Assembly (NCBI GenBank): GCA_030704615.1
Contig: CM060731.1
Span: 75,764,001 to 75,828,000, forward strand
DNA: 64,000 bases
Direction: 5' to 3'
From: Takakia lepidozioides
Lineage: Eukaryota; Plantae; Bryophyta
Shown here one piece after another: positions 1-19,087 of the stretch (positions are counted from its first letter, which is position 1; each line of letters opens with the position of its first letter). The notes under the pieces were generated by a model. That model made no database searches, was not told where the DNA came from, and worked only from the letters and a program-made list of their open reading frames with translations. A program made the translations under genes and the position numbers.

Positions 1-1500
1 TTGGAAGACATATTTGGGCCCAGCATACTTGGGGCCTTTTATTCTGGGTGGAAGACTCCGCCCCTCAGATGAAGTTTCTGATTAATCTTTTGATTTCCTT
101 GATGAGTTTCGACCCATGACTCCAAGTTGATGCAAAGTACCAGGTCCCTGCTAGCAAGATTTGGTTGGCAACTAATGCCCTACCTGTGATGGATAAGTCA
201 CAGGACCCCCAGTAGGCTAGGTTGCGTTTGAGCTTCTAAATTGTGGTACCTATTCGCTGCACTTCAGATAGGTAGATTCTGAATGTGTGCCCTAGTAACG
301 TGGTGGGCTCACCTTCTTTAAGCCACAGAAGCCCTAGATGTTGCCCCCAGGTTGGGTTGGCTCTTATGGCAGATTTAGAGATGTCTCCAAGAAGCATGGC
401 TTTGGTTTTGGACCAGTTAACTCTAAATCCAGAGACACTGCAAGAAGTGAGAGAGTGTACATTCTGCCGCAGATAGGGAGGGATCGTCTGCCTGAAGCAG
501 CAGAAATGTGTCATCTACAAACATGGAATCCTTTACCTATTTGTGGTGGTTATTTCTTGGGTTTTGCAGGTTGAGGCCTTTCACTTGAGTGTTATTGTCC
601 AGCATGTGACCAAGGGTATCAGCTACAAATAGGAAGAGAAAGGGCGCTAGAGGGCACCCGTGTCTGACTGAGCGTTGTAACTTGAAGGGCTTGGACAGAT
701 GCCCGTTGATCATGACTCTGCTGGTTGCTCCTTGAAGGAGAATCTGAACCCACTGGCAAAAGCCCAGTGGGATGCCTGATTTCCTTAGACCGCCATGAGA
801 AAAGACCAGTCTACCTTATCGAAGGCCTTTTCAAAATCCAGGAGCCAGAGGGCAAGTGCCTGGCCAGATTTGCTTGCATAGTGGTTAGCCTCCTGAGCCA
901 TGAGAACGTTGTCTAGGATGTATCTTCCCTTAACATAGCCTGCCTGACCAGACCTGATCATTGAAGGGAGAAGGGGCTGAATGCGGAGCGCAAGGGCCTT
1001 GGCAATGATCTTGTAAGCGACATTGAGCAGGGTGATGGGCCTATAGCCTTTATGGCATTGGCCATATCACAAAAGTCCTTGGAGATGGTCGACCAAAGAG
1101 ATTTGAAGAACTCTACTGGCATACCGTCGATCCCAGGGGCTTTGTTGTTGTTCAGGGCTTTGAGGGCATCCTCTAATTCTTCAGGGGTAAGACTTGCCTC
1201 CAAATCGAGCGCATCCTCTGCCTTCAGAGTTGTGGGGATGGTTTGAAGGCAAGCAACTAGCCTGTCTGGGTAGGCATGATCCTTTAAGTCTGCCTGAAAC
1301 AGAGAAGAGAAGTGATTGAAAGCAGTCGCGCACATTTGCTTGGGGTTGGAAGAAGTGTTACCAGGGAGATCCATATAGTCGGGAGATTGTCGACTGGATC
1401 TACGGAGCTTCACTTTTTGGAAGAAGTATTTGTTCATTTTTTCTCCCTTGGTTGACCAATTGATCCCTGCCTGCATTTTCATTTTGTTTTCTTGCTCTAT
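1..1500 (-). mobile_element. L1/Tx1-type non-LTR retrotransposon ORF2 (reverse transcriptase) remnant, running off the window start
   Basis: Minus-strand ORF 958-1482 has GEKMNKYFF and KAPGIDGMPVEFFK, typical of the L1 pre-RT region. The downstream minus strand shows RT pieces (DFEKAFDKVDW, SVRHGCPLAP) and SGFRVNWSK, broken by frameshifts and stops. Confidence 0.85.
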
Positions 1501-2443
1501 GTGGTAGCAGTCAAGGTTATGGCGTTACAGCTTTATTTACACGAAACATGAGGTATTTGAACATATGATAGAAAAACCCCAAATCCTGGGAAGGACAAAG
1601 AAGGGAGGAAAGGGAAGCAAGCTAAACTATTTAAACTATTTAAGCTATTTAAACTGATCAAACTGAGGTGGGTCACTCGGTATCTGTTCTACAAAGTTTT
1701 ACGAGTCAAATTGTGTGTGGGGTGATCGTGTGTGCTCAAGGAAGAGATGATCATGGTGCAACACCTGCATGGGTGGAATGTGCCATGTGTGTCTGCAGCT
1801 CCATGCCTCCTCAGGCTTCCCTCTTCTTCCATGCGTGAGTTTCCTTGCTGGGTTGTCTCTTTTTCAGAAGTATAAGACTGGCTAGCATATCTCTATCTTT
1901 ACCTGTCGATTCCTGTTCCTCACAGCCCTTCCCCATTGGCTAATGCAGTTTGACAAGCAAGCACTGGGGTTGGAATTAGAGTAAGGAAACTCAAACAAGT
2001 TGAAATTATGGATGCATTCTAGGCACAGCTGGAGCTGGAATGCTTCGAAACTTCCAGGGGAGGTGTTTTGCATAACTCCCATATGATACAGATGAAAATT
2101 GACTATGGTTGAGGCGGGGCCGAGATTTTGTTTTTTTTTGCTCTGGCTGGTGGACTAGACTCGGAAATTGCCCTGCCCATAGTTGCAGTACTGTGAGTTG
2201 AGATCTCACTGGGAGGCCGAATCTGCTAGACACGATTTGCAAGTTCTTCGACGCATGACAGTCTGAGGCGACCAGCTCACTTGAGACTGTGGTGTAAGAC
2301 TGGCTGTTCTGGAAGTTGCTACACGCACCAGGTCCACGGATTCAGAGTACCAAGGTTTTTTATTGATACATTCCGTCCTATTATTACATCTTGTGCTTAA
2401 GTCTGTTATCGTGTCATCTCACTGAACTTTACTCCCTCTCCCA

Positions 2444-3849
2444 ATGCATGAAATGCATGGATATAGAGACCATGACCAGAAGGCATACCTGTTAACAGCT
2501 GTTGATGTGAATGGGACAGAGGGTTTGCAGGTGACATATCCAGGATTTTCTTCATCCTCCCAATTTCTTATTTCAAGATGTTCTATCCACTCACAATCTA
2601 GACCTATTTCATGTGCTGCAAAGGAGAATAATCTGTCCAGAATTTGTCGTCGAGTATTTGTTTCTCCGGTGCTTCTGTGTTTGGCATCTGTTCTGCTAGG
2701 GCAGGTACAAGCAACACCAGAGCCTGCTATAGCTGAGGAAGTTCAGAATGAGGGTGTGGAACAAAGTGGTACTTTTGTGGATGGGGTTTTATCCTTGTTC
2801 AATCCCAACGAGATGACTAAATCAGGGAGAAAAATACCAAAAGCTTACGTGAAGAGTGTGAAGGAGGTAGTGAAAAGTTTGCGTGACTCTTTCAATGAGG
2901 ACCCAAAGGATGATGCAAAGTTCCGAAGGAATGCAGATTCTGCAAAGGAGGCAATTCGGGGGTACTTACAAACTTGGCGAGGGGCAAAAGTTGTGGCTAC
3001 GGAGGTATGTAACCATGGTCACCTGCTGTGCTTATTGCCATTTTTCACAGCGTTGTGTTTAGATGTGTTCCAGGGGACTACTCCCCTTGACTGATTATCC
3101 GTTGTCGTTCTCCCCTTCTTTCTTCTTTTCTTCCTGTGTGATGTCCTCCCCCCACAGCAGGCATAAGAAGCTTTGGTTTATACTAGAGGAAACTGTTTTT
3201 GCTTCTCTTATTGATTTTCTTCTCTTGTTCATTCTTCAGGCTTATCTGCTCTTGTCTGCAAAGTTCTTTCTGAGGGCTCACTCTGGTTTCTGGTGTTATG
3301 ATGGTCTTGTTTGATTGTTAAAGCTGTTGTTTCTCGGCCAAGGCTGTCTTGTTACCCTTCCAAAACAAGCCAGAAACTCAGTAGGTTTGCACCCACTGTG
3401 AGGAACTGATGAAGTCAGTAGGAACTCTTACGCAGGTGTTCAAGAAATGGTCGAATTGTCGTGTACTTGACTCTAAAAGATACAAGGCTGCAATTTCTTT
3501 GCTTTTTCTGTGATGTTCTTTCAAAATCTTTTCTTTCTTCTTTCCAATGGGTCGTTAACTGGGTTTAGAGATTCTTTGCAAGGGCTGCTTTCTTGCATCA
3601 GTTATGGTCTCTTCGTTCTCTTGTAGTCAGTGACCATTCAAATGTAAGCCTGGAGATTACTCTGCACTTAGATACGGTCATAGAATTTGGATTGTGGATG
3701 TGTTTGGGACAGGATTCATACCTGGCCCTGGAACGAGTATTGCGCATTCTTGGTGAGTTCTACTCAAAGAAGGGCCCCCGAGCTGCTTGCCAGAGGACAT
3801 AAGGACCCGTATTTTGGCAGACCTTAGTAAAGCTGATGACTCTCTCTGA
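2444..3849 (+). CDS. PSB27-H2: Photosystem II D1 processing/repair protein PSB27-H2 (LPA19), thylakoid lumen. N-terminal exon(s) uncertain; apparent 1-nt frameshift near 3786
   Basis: TKSGRKIPKAYVKSVKEVVKSLRDSFNEDPKDDAKFRRNADSAKEAIRGYLQTWRG, then a GT-AG intron (3005-3712), then DSYLALERVLRILGEFYSKKGPRA / LPEDIRTRILADLSKADDSL*. Twin-arginine signal (CRRVF + hydrophobic stretch + AIA cleavage site). Confidence 0.85.
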
Positions 3850-5441
3850 GCAATGCCAACCCCCCCCCCCCCACCCTCCCTTGAACCCCATCTAGAGATG
3901 AATATTGCTAGAAGAGCTGTAATTTGTGAGCCATCAGCCTTTAGAAGGAAAAAGGGGTGAAACCTCTCTCTCCACATTTCTTGCTCTGCTCCAGTCACAC
4001 GCTGTATTATCAGTGACAAAGAACTCTGATAAACCTGTACTCCCACTGCAATTCAACAGCAAGCCCACAAAATAGTGGTGTTCTCTATCTATTTGTTCTT
4101 TGTTACATTCAACAAATGGCTTCCACACTTGATAGAAAAGGAGATGGTGGAGCATGGTTCTGTTTGGGAAGAACCAAATATCCCATGCAACTTTTCTGAT
4201 TTAGGGTTTGGGACGCCACCCTTGCTACATCTGAAGAACATGGATCCTACAGACATGAGAATAGGGGTGTAAGCCGCTCTTCAAACATTGCCCCGTTTTC
4301 AAATCTTTCCTTTCATGTCCAACCTTGCCCTTTACAACAATTCTCACTCCCTTCCACAAGCTCTTTTGTGCCTCCAGAGTTACAATGTTCATGCTTATTG
4401 CCTTGTCATCTCTCTTCATCCACCAGTTGAGAAGAGAAAAGGATTGACTGCACATCTGGTCTGCTCTGAGTTACAATCAATGATACGGGCAGAGTTCAAA
4501 TGATGCCTTACTTACGTAGAATACACATGCAGAGCTCCTGACATGTTTGCCAAGTTGCTTGTACCAATTGTGGAATAAGAACTCTGCAAATTTTTAGATC
4601 TGTCACAAAATTTCTTTGAAAAATCACCACTTGGTTACAATTCTGGGAATTGCGCTCAGATGTGATTTGAAGTGGCAGGTCTTCAATGTTTGATCTTTCC
4701 GGATTGGAGGCATCACTTCCCACTTGGTGCTCCTTCACAGCTCATGGAAATTCACTTTAAACCCCAATTTAACCAAAACATTATAATCGGATCACTTAGA
4801 ACCAATCCTTTGACCTCAACTTTCATCATCTCAATACCTACTCTTTAACATGGCAAGCTAACTAAGCCTGGTCATTACAGCTCATTACAGACTCCATCAG
4901 GTGTCATCTGGTGAGAGCATTTGTCACGAAAAAGATCCAACACATCACAGTATTCAGAATTTTGGATGTAGACAAAAAACAAACAAACATTGAGTGACTG
5001 TGCTCTAAGTTTCTATTTCCTTTTCTTTGATAGACTTTATGTCATCAAGCTCCAGAAAATCCTATTTCCATCGTGCTATATGGACTACCTTGAACTCCAT
5101 GTGAACTACGGTGATTGATTCTTCATAACATAGTTTTGAAAGGGGACTCGCTTGCTATTCAATGTATCACTTCCTATGAAGAGTTAACAGTAACCTCAGA
5201 ATCGCTGTAAAATGGTAAACACTACTGTTTCTGAAAATGAATGTCACTAACACTATTCGAGTCCCTATTTGATCGTATATTCTCCACAACAACCTAAAGT
5301 GCCAGAATGTCAGGTTCAATCCATGGGCATAATATGATGGCATTTTGAGCACAGCCCACAAGCCCTGACATCTTCAGTGATGACCAGATATGGAGATTTA
5401 AGAGAGAGGAACAGGAAGGTGAGAGAGTCAGAGGCAGTAGA

Positions 5442-8400
5442 CTATCTTCTTTCCTTTTTTGATCTTTTTCGAGGTTGGCTGAGCGTTACTATAGATGCCG
5501 CTGCGGTGGGGGTCTCACTTGCTGGAGTGGATAAGTGCGCTGTTTCAGGGATTCCAACAGCCTTCCTAATTCCTGGTTGCTTCAAAACTGATCAGAGAGA
5601 AGATATGTTAGAGTACTTGGGGAGGGAGGAGGATTGAAAAAGAAAAGGAAAGAAAGGATGTGTCCTGTTGCACCCTACATAGTTCAGAAAAGTTGTGCCA
5701 AAAAATATGAGGTCAAATGCGTCCATTATGAACAACAACAGCTCCTGTGGACCACAAGATATTCAGGAAGCTTACCTGCAGTTTGCGCTAATGAGCACAA
5801 ATTTGCCGTCAGCCAATAGCAGAAGAGGGCCTACATAGAACACAAAAGGCAAACCTGTTCAGTCTCCTGCATAATAGATGATGCAAAGAGGGAAAGGTTG
5901 GTAGCGATACATGGAGATGTTGTTCATGCTGCCTCACCTTAGGAAAAGAAGCTGTCAAAGGAATTATCAATACAGCAAACCCCCGAAAGAACATTTTCAT
6001 TTTGCCCATCATTGGTTGTCCTTGCATGCCATCTGCTGCTCCCAGCTGCATCCACCCATCCATCTACTTTTAGAGAGCAACAAAGAGTACACGTAGCACG
6101 AAACAATTCTTCACATCCAGGTGCCCCCTGAATGTGAGTATATCATCCTTTTCTCACCCTAACGAGAAAAATGAAATGAATGAAATGAAATGGTGCTTTA
6201 TAACGTCCACGGAAAGCTCGTAGAGCTTATGGGACAAAATGGAAAGACAAACATGAGAGAAAACAGGAAACCAGAGTCAGAGATAAGAACTACTGTTCGA
6301 GTGATTGTCTAAGGGTGAATGCCTCGTGCAGGTAGGCTGCCAAGCATTTCTGATCCTCATAGTGAAAGACCTCACTGAGAGATTGGGTTCCACGGAATAG
6401 ACAATGGAATCTCCCACGGATCTCATAGTATAGAGGGAAATAGAAGAAGAAGTCTTTGGAAGTTACCCAACCTCACGACAAAGCTCCATTTCTATCGAGA
6501 AACATTCTTGGTTCTCCGAGATGATAGAATCTTAAGGCCCAATTACCTTTCGGCCTCTTTATCTCCTTCTGTCCTGAGGGCTTTGGGGCGGTTCAGGGTG
6601 GGCTCCCAGACTGGCAGATGGTGAAACCTGCAGCGGGAGGACCGCCTCTGTCCAGCTTGCACAGGGCGCAACCAGGAAATTGAAACTGATGTTGAGTTGC
6701 ATGTGGTCGAAAATCTTGATGAGTTTTTCCTATGGCACAAGAGGCTTGGGCACCTTAATTTTCAAAGTCTCCTGACATGTAGCTCCATGAGCTCCTTTCT
6801 AATGAGTTGGTTGCGGTCGTGCTTGGATGTGATGTCCACCCCTTCTGGGTTCACTGGCAATAGTGAGGCAATAGAGAGTCCATGGCGTTCAAAAAAGGTA
6901 TCCACACAAACATACCAGGATTGTTTGAAGCCTGCATTTTTGAGTCTAATAGAAAAAGAAAGTGAGAAACAGAGAGCAGTACAATACCTCCACAGTCAAA
7001 AGAGTAGCAAGGCCACTAAGAACAGGCAAGATGAACAGGCTGTCTGGAGTGGTGAGGTCCGTGAACCACAAAGCCCCCCCTTCCTTGAATGAGGGTACTT
7101 TCTCTGCCATATTTCTTATCTGCAACCATCCACCCTCCAACTTAGCACCCCATTTTCCATACTTGTATTTTCAAAGTGTAAACTAAGCTAATCAAAGGGA
7201 TCCAACTAGTTCAGCAGTAATTGGTCCAATTTAACCAGACACTCATTGCACTGTCAGCATGTGAGTGTCCAATGCAAAAGTAAGTGGAACTGGTATCCAC
7301 AGGCTAGACTACCATATCGGTTTTACTAGCTAGGGATGTCCCTTACAGGAAACAAGACACTAAGTGGGTATCCCACCAGTGCATATTAACTGTGAACAAA
7401 GACAAAAGGGTAGGTTATTCTTGAAGTATGCCAAGACCAACAACTAATTGAGAAATGAAATGAAATGAAATGGTGCTTTATAACGTCCGCGGAAAGCTCA
7501 TAGAGCTTATGGGACAAAATGGAAGGCATGAGGAACAAAACCAGAACCCAAGAATAAGAACTAATGTTCTAGCGATTGTCTAAGGGTGAAGGCCTCGTGC
7601 AGGTATGCTGCCAAGCATTTTTTATCCTCATAGTGGAAGACATCAGTGAGAGATTGGGTTCCACTGAATAAACAGTGAGAAAGGAGAAGAACGGCAAACA
7701 GAATGTTTACGTGCGCTACATATGCACACCAGGCCACATCCTATATCATCCTTCGTTGGTAAAGGCCCACACAAGGAAGAGGAACAGACTGATGCATAGT
7801 ATTTTCCCACAAAGTGAATACCATTGAAGTGTCCTTCAAACACAAGAACACAAGAAGAACCGGCCTCAAACTTCACAATTCCTCATAAAATATCGAAGCA
7901 GCGTGGACTTCTGTCAAGAGGCAGTCACAGAAAAACTCACAGCAAAGAAGAAACTTATGAAAAGGGGAGCTTGCATCAAAGCACCCATCATCGGTGTAAA
8001 AGGGTTGGTTTTGTGCCTGCCATTAACAATGCCCAACCACAGCCAGACACAGATTACCATTAAACATAATCCTATCCACACAACCTTAACCCCAAAAAAT
8101 GTCCGACTTGCAACTGAAGTTTGTTGACTTAATCATTCAGCAATATAAATCAGCAGATTTCTTACTTTTTGAAAAGATCCTTCATCCGCGCTTGATACAC
8201 CTCTGTAACCTTTGGATCATATCCCTACAACACCAAGCAATTGAGGATTGATTGTTCGTACCCTCAATGGTCTCCACCACACTTTGAATAGAAAAACAGT
8301 CAGAACAATGCAGCATATAGAAATGGGGCTGGAAACACCATGACCCAAGGGTCTAGTCCACACTCTACTCTTGATACTTCACTTCAAAGTGAATATCCAC

Positions 8401-9309
8401 AAGCTTGGAGAGAGAATGCCTGTAATAGATTCCACAAATCAGGGATAAGAAGAGAGAGCACAGTAAGCTTACACTTTCCTTGATGACATTGGTAATGCGC
8501 TCAAGTTCTGGTCTCAGCAGCTGCAAACAAAAATCATAAAATTACAACTGCGCAGTGCTAACCAGAGGCTGTCAGAAAATCTGGCATCGCTCTCTCAATC
8601 TGTCAGGGCACTACATATTCGTAAGAAGAGGCATTCACTGATAGGAATGAAAACAGTTATCAGGTTGCCAACACGCAGAACACATAATAGAGTCAGGGAG
8701 AGAGAGAATTGGGAAGGTCTCTATGCTGGTAAACAGTCAGCCTGCCATGGAAACAGAGTGTGTGTGTGTGTGTGTGTGAGGGAGAGGATGCACTTAGAAG
8801 ACATTGTTTGCCGTAGCCTTGTGGCCATTGACCCCGCGCCCAGCTTGAACAAAGGGACAGAAACTACCTTTGACAGGGGCTGACGCCGGTAGTATGACTT
8901 ACCCTGAAACAGACAGTTGATCCGAGTTCTCCAGATATCCTCTAGAAATCCCTTCACACAAGCATCAATCTGATGTGTGTGATTTGCCCAATAACTAGGC
9001 CCCAAAAGGGCCTGGGCTTTTGGCTCAGCCTCGAGATTTTCAAAGTTGGTAAACAGAGGTACAGGAAGAAATCCCTTGATGGATTGGAAGAGGGTGTCTC
9101 TCTGGTGAGAGTACCCAGGACAATGAATCGGAAAGTGAATTTTGTCTTCAGGTTGCCTACAGTTCAAAGGTAGGCTTCCCGCCCTGAATTGAAATTTCAG
9201 TCTAGTGCCGAGAGTGGGTAAACCCTTGAGGACATCCACAATGGCCTCCCCCATTTCACAGACTGGAAACAAGTTCAGGAAAATTTTCTGCCTAACTTCA
9301 TTCGTGTAC

Positions 9310-9355
<46 letters not shown>

Positions 9356-10831
9356 AATGAACAGAGACACCCACCGACAAGCGTGCTGTGGCCTTCATCT
9401 GGTACACCACCAATGGCAAAAGCAGCGAACGAATTACTACTGTGGTGGCGGCTATGGATAACCACCTGCAGGCACATTATCCAACATCCCCTCCACTTCG
9501 TTTCAAACTCTGGTTACTCGAGTCGTTTACTTCAACTTCACTGGACCTCACTTGCTACATTCACATCCTGAAATACAACAAAACCATGTCCTATCCATTG
9601 CTGGATTCTATCCGTCACTCTGACACTACTGGACACCTGGAAGCTGGAATGGTAGCCTTTCCAGAGGAGCCCACCAGCTAAGAAGGTTCTGAGCCGCTTG
9701 GCACGAGGTGGATGATTAACCTAATCTCAAATAACTGTGGAATATGTCCAATTTACAGCTGACAACCCAGCTGACCCCACCTCTCTCTCTCCACAAGACC
9801 ACCAGATCTGCCGTTACTTGTCAATCAATATTGCTCTACAGACTGTAAAAATTAGGTCTCCAGAGCCTCATCGTCCACAATACTCCTCACCTCCCAAGGA
9901 ACTAATTACAAGTACGAGAGTCTTATTACCAAGGCAGTCCTGTCTGCATGTGGATTGCATCAATAAGGTGCTGCAAAGCTGCTGTTGGGATCGATGAATC
10001 GGCAGCTGCTGCGGCCACCTCACTCACTGAAGCCACATCGGCAGCCAGACCATAAGTTACATCACTAACTGCATCGGTGACCCCAGCAAACCCTGCCTGC
10101 ACTGTGTCTCCTTCTCCAAAAACCCCCTCCCCCACTGCACCCCCTGAGCTTGAAAACCTCACATTCTTCGGAATAAGGCTCATCTGAGGCGGCCCGAGGA
10201 AACTCCCCACTCCATCGCCTCTTAATCCCAAGCCAAACACTGCACTCGACTGCCCAAATAAACACTTCCTTCCTCCTACATCTAGGATCGCAGGGAAATT
10301 AAAATTGTCTCTTGAGGGCTGTGTTTTATCTGTCATACGGCTGCTAACAACCCCTTCAAGTCCCAAAATCGTATTGAGGCTCTCAAGCCTGTTATCGCCC
10401 ACTCGCCTTGACCCAGAACCCCCCGCTGCGCCTTTTCTGTTGCGAGCAAACCTTCCCTGTGTAACCTCCTCGGATTGAGCACAGTACGCCTCCCAACCCA
10501 TGATCTCCCTCCCTGTCCGAATCGAATCGAATCCCTGACCCTTCTTCTCCTCTGACTCCTCTCTCCACAAGTATACACCTTGGCGATCGTCTCCAAAGTG
10601 CCCATTGCATTTATCCTCGCCGGGTACTCCAGACGAACCCTCCCTACAAATCGATCTTGCAGGCATTGTGATGCAGTGGAAAAGATGATCAGATAGGCCA
10701 TCACGGCAGGTGTTAGGAAAAGAGGGAGAGAGGAGAGGAGAGGAATACCAATTCGAAGAGAAGCAGGGCAAATGAGTGCGCTCATTCTGCGTGCGTGTTG
10801 CCAGCTTACGCAGTAAATGCCTGATCGTCAT
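5442..10831 (-). CDS. OXA1: Mitochondrial inner membrane insertase OXA1 (YidC/Oxa1/Alb3 family), about 9 exons
   Basis: Exon 1 starts with the Arg-rich presequence MTIRHLLRKLATRTQ and ends ...LQHLIDAIHMQTGLPW (9930). Later exons: WLSIAATTVVIRSLLLPLVVYQMKATARL (9375-9465), LRPELERI (~8500), GYDPKV (~8200), TNPFTPMMGALMQAP (~7980), IRNMAEKVPSFKEGGALWFTDLTTPD (~7050), MKMFFRGFAVLIIPLTASFPK (~5990), ALFCYWLTANLCSL (5776-5830), LKQPGIRKAVGIP...stop 5442. Confidence 0.9.
6168..6945 (-). mobile_element. 5'-truncated non-L1 LINE (RTE/L2/RTEX-like C-terminus) with (CATTT)n tail, internally inverted, in an OXA1 intron
   Basis: Minus strand: YYEIRGRFHCLFRGTQSLSEVFHYEDQKCLAAYLHEAFTLR plus the tail at 6168-6190, and SWYVCVDTFFERHGLSI...LIRKELMELHVRR at ~6770-6945. 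The middle part (TKLHFYRETFL...ALGRFRVGS.TGRW..REDRLCPAC) reads on the plus strand. Confidence 0.75.
7393..7680 (-). mobile_element. Second short 3' copy of the same LINE family, with (CATTT)n tail
   Basis: Closely similar to 6168-6400: aaatgaaatggtgctttataacgtcc.cggaaagctc.tagagcttatgggacaaaatgga ... cagtgagagattgggttccac. Confidence 0.85.
8757..9300 (-). mobile_element. 3' fragment of an RTEX/L2-like LINE with (CA)n tail, in an OXA1 intron
   Basis: Open minus-strand frame GTRLKFQFRAGSLPLN...EDKIHFPIHCPGY..QR...LLG...VKGFLEDIWRTR, a zinc-knuckle-type LINE C-terminus, followed by (CA)n at 8757-8778. Confidence 0.6.
9309..9355. repeat. Compound microsatellite (GT)n(GA)n
   Basis: Directly visible. 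Confidence 0.95.
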
Positions 10832-12095
10832 CTTCTCTCTCCTCTAAACCTATGACATCCCTCTCTCTCTCTCTCTCTCTCTCCGCTGAGGGGGAATCTC
10901 AAAGTCAATGTCTTTCTAATTCTTTCACACCATCTCTCGCTCACCTCCGCTTCCCAACGATCTAATTAGGGTTCAGGGTTTAAAGAGATGGTCGAAACCC
11001 CAAGACATTTGATATCATTCAACGTTTTTCCTTGTCTTCTCTCCGCCTTCTGAATGTTTTTCCTTCCTCAACCAACAAGGAAAGGAAGGAGAAGAACTCA
11101 AAGCTGCCTCCAGGATGACCTCATTTACTTAGGATTGCTGGGGATTGTGCTCTGCAATGTGTTTGCCTTCATGCGAAACATAAGAGAACATGAACTGGAA
11201 ATGACACCACTTTTATGAGATCTGATGCAAGGAACTGGTTCTATGAGAAATATAACTAAAAATGGACTGTAGCTGAACATGTAAATTAGATCCTGATTCC
11301 ATCCACTTCACAATTTGAAGCAGCAAGATGTGTTGCAAGGAAAGCACCAGTTTGTTAATTTCCATCCATACTTTGCGTCTGTAATTCCCAAAGTTATGTG
11401 TGTGCCACCCCTCTCAAGCTTCCATAGTTTCGCGGTGCAGAAAGCTAGATACTCGAGGCGTCAGTCGGATGCTACTGCAGGGAGACAGTCACAAGACAAA
11501 CATGAAGTTTTACTGAAAAAATAGCTGGCCAGTGACGTCGTAAACGAAGGAAGCCTCGGGCACTTGATATAGACACCTTTTGAATGCCTAAAATAACTAC
11601 AATAATTTCAGGAAGTAACAATTGTGTGACCCCTAACATCCGGGACCGACTGCCTGAAGAGCATGAAGGTCCCTGCGGTTTTCCGGGCCTCTCCAGCCTC
11701 ATCCGTCAACACCTAACTAAAGAAGAAAAACCTCAATTTCTCCTCGCTTAAAACTAAATTGTGACGCACATACCTAGACAGCCACGGGCCTGCTACATCA
11801 TCCAATCAATTAGACAAGAAAGCTCCGCTGTGACTGACTGCCCCAATCCACTCATCTTCGATTGATTGCCATCTCATTCTGCCAATTCTATTTGTTTTCC
11901 CAACAGGGAAAACCCTCATGACAGCGGCAATCCGCATTCTGCAGGTCACGAGCTCGACAAACAAGTTTTTCCGTCTTCAATTTCTCAGGCCACCAAAACC
12001 AGCCAACCACCACACTAATGCTACAAAACACCTTCGACTGTGAGCTGGAATCAACCCAAAGCAGAGAGGTGCTAAGGACCTCAGGACTTGCTCTG

Positions 12096-17913
<5,818 letters not shown>

Positions 17914-19087
17914 GTTCGGCCAATCTTGTACGCAAGATATAGGAACGCTTTCCCAACTGACTCATACAATCGCAACACAATTCCGGAGCCTCGACGCTCC
18001 TCGCTTTCAGATCGTCTTCCTCCCACCCCCGCTCTTGCCAAAGCTCCGCGACAGGCAACAGTGATGCGCAACAGGCCTACCAACACCTACCCTGGGTTCC
18101 AACCAGAACCCAACCCTGGTTCATCCTTTGTCCGTTACCTTTACTATCCTTGCCTCGCACACGAGCCAGGAGGTTCGGCTTCGGCCTACCGCACTCCCAA
18201 GCCTGTAAAATCAGGCTCGGTAACGTAAATGCTCCAAAAGAACAGGAGGTTCGGCAAAACTCAGCTTTTACATTCCTCACTCTGATTCTAACTAAGCGAC
18301 GTGGCCCCATGTGGTTCAAAGTACCCAGTCCACAAAAATGCCAAAACAAGACACCTGTCGAATTCCCATTAGTTTCATCCAGGCAGTATCAGCCATGACG
18401 GCACCTACCGCGAAGCGCGGAAGCCGAGTCCCCGCGGCCAACGGGGTCTATCCTGCGTGTCGGGCAGCTATCCAGCTGACCGGATTGACGAATGAAACCT
18501 ATGGTGCATCCCCAGTGTACACCATATCACAGTCTTGCATCCATCGAGCTAACTATCATCCATCCCACGAAGAGGGGTAGCACTGCCAAAAAGCAAATCG
18601 GAAGGTCCAAAAGGGGGCTGAAGGAGGTCCACGTGTGGCTAGTTGGCGCCGGCGGGAGTGCCGAGCTGCACCAAATCCATACCATACCGTATGTGTATCT
18701 CTACCACATACGATGTACGTATATACAGTATACGTAGGCAGGTGCAATGTGTTTTTAGTTTTTACGTTTAGACCCATTGATGCGAACCAATCGCAGAGCA
18801 GAGATTTGGAAAAAGATTTGAAATCGTTTATCGCACCCATCTACCAGGGGTCTTGCGGTTTCTCTGCAATCTAAATCTGCCACGTCACCTGGAGGCTCTG
18901 GCAGCTGTGTGGGAGGGAAACAGAGTGAGCTTGCAGTGAGCTGGGAAGCGATGGCGATGGCGTTGAGAGCGTGCAGGTGAGCCTGAGCAGCAGAGTATTT
19001 ACTTGATGCGGGGCCCGGAAGCTGTTTTCTGTCATTTGTAAGATCTGCATTGCGGAAAGAGTGGCGGTTGGAGAGCTGAGGGGCGGC

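Noticed and set aside
6433-6690. Classic twin-priming 5' inversion
   Set aside because: A further upstream LINE segment in the original orientation lies beyond the inversion, so the inversion is internal.
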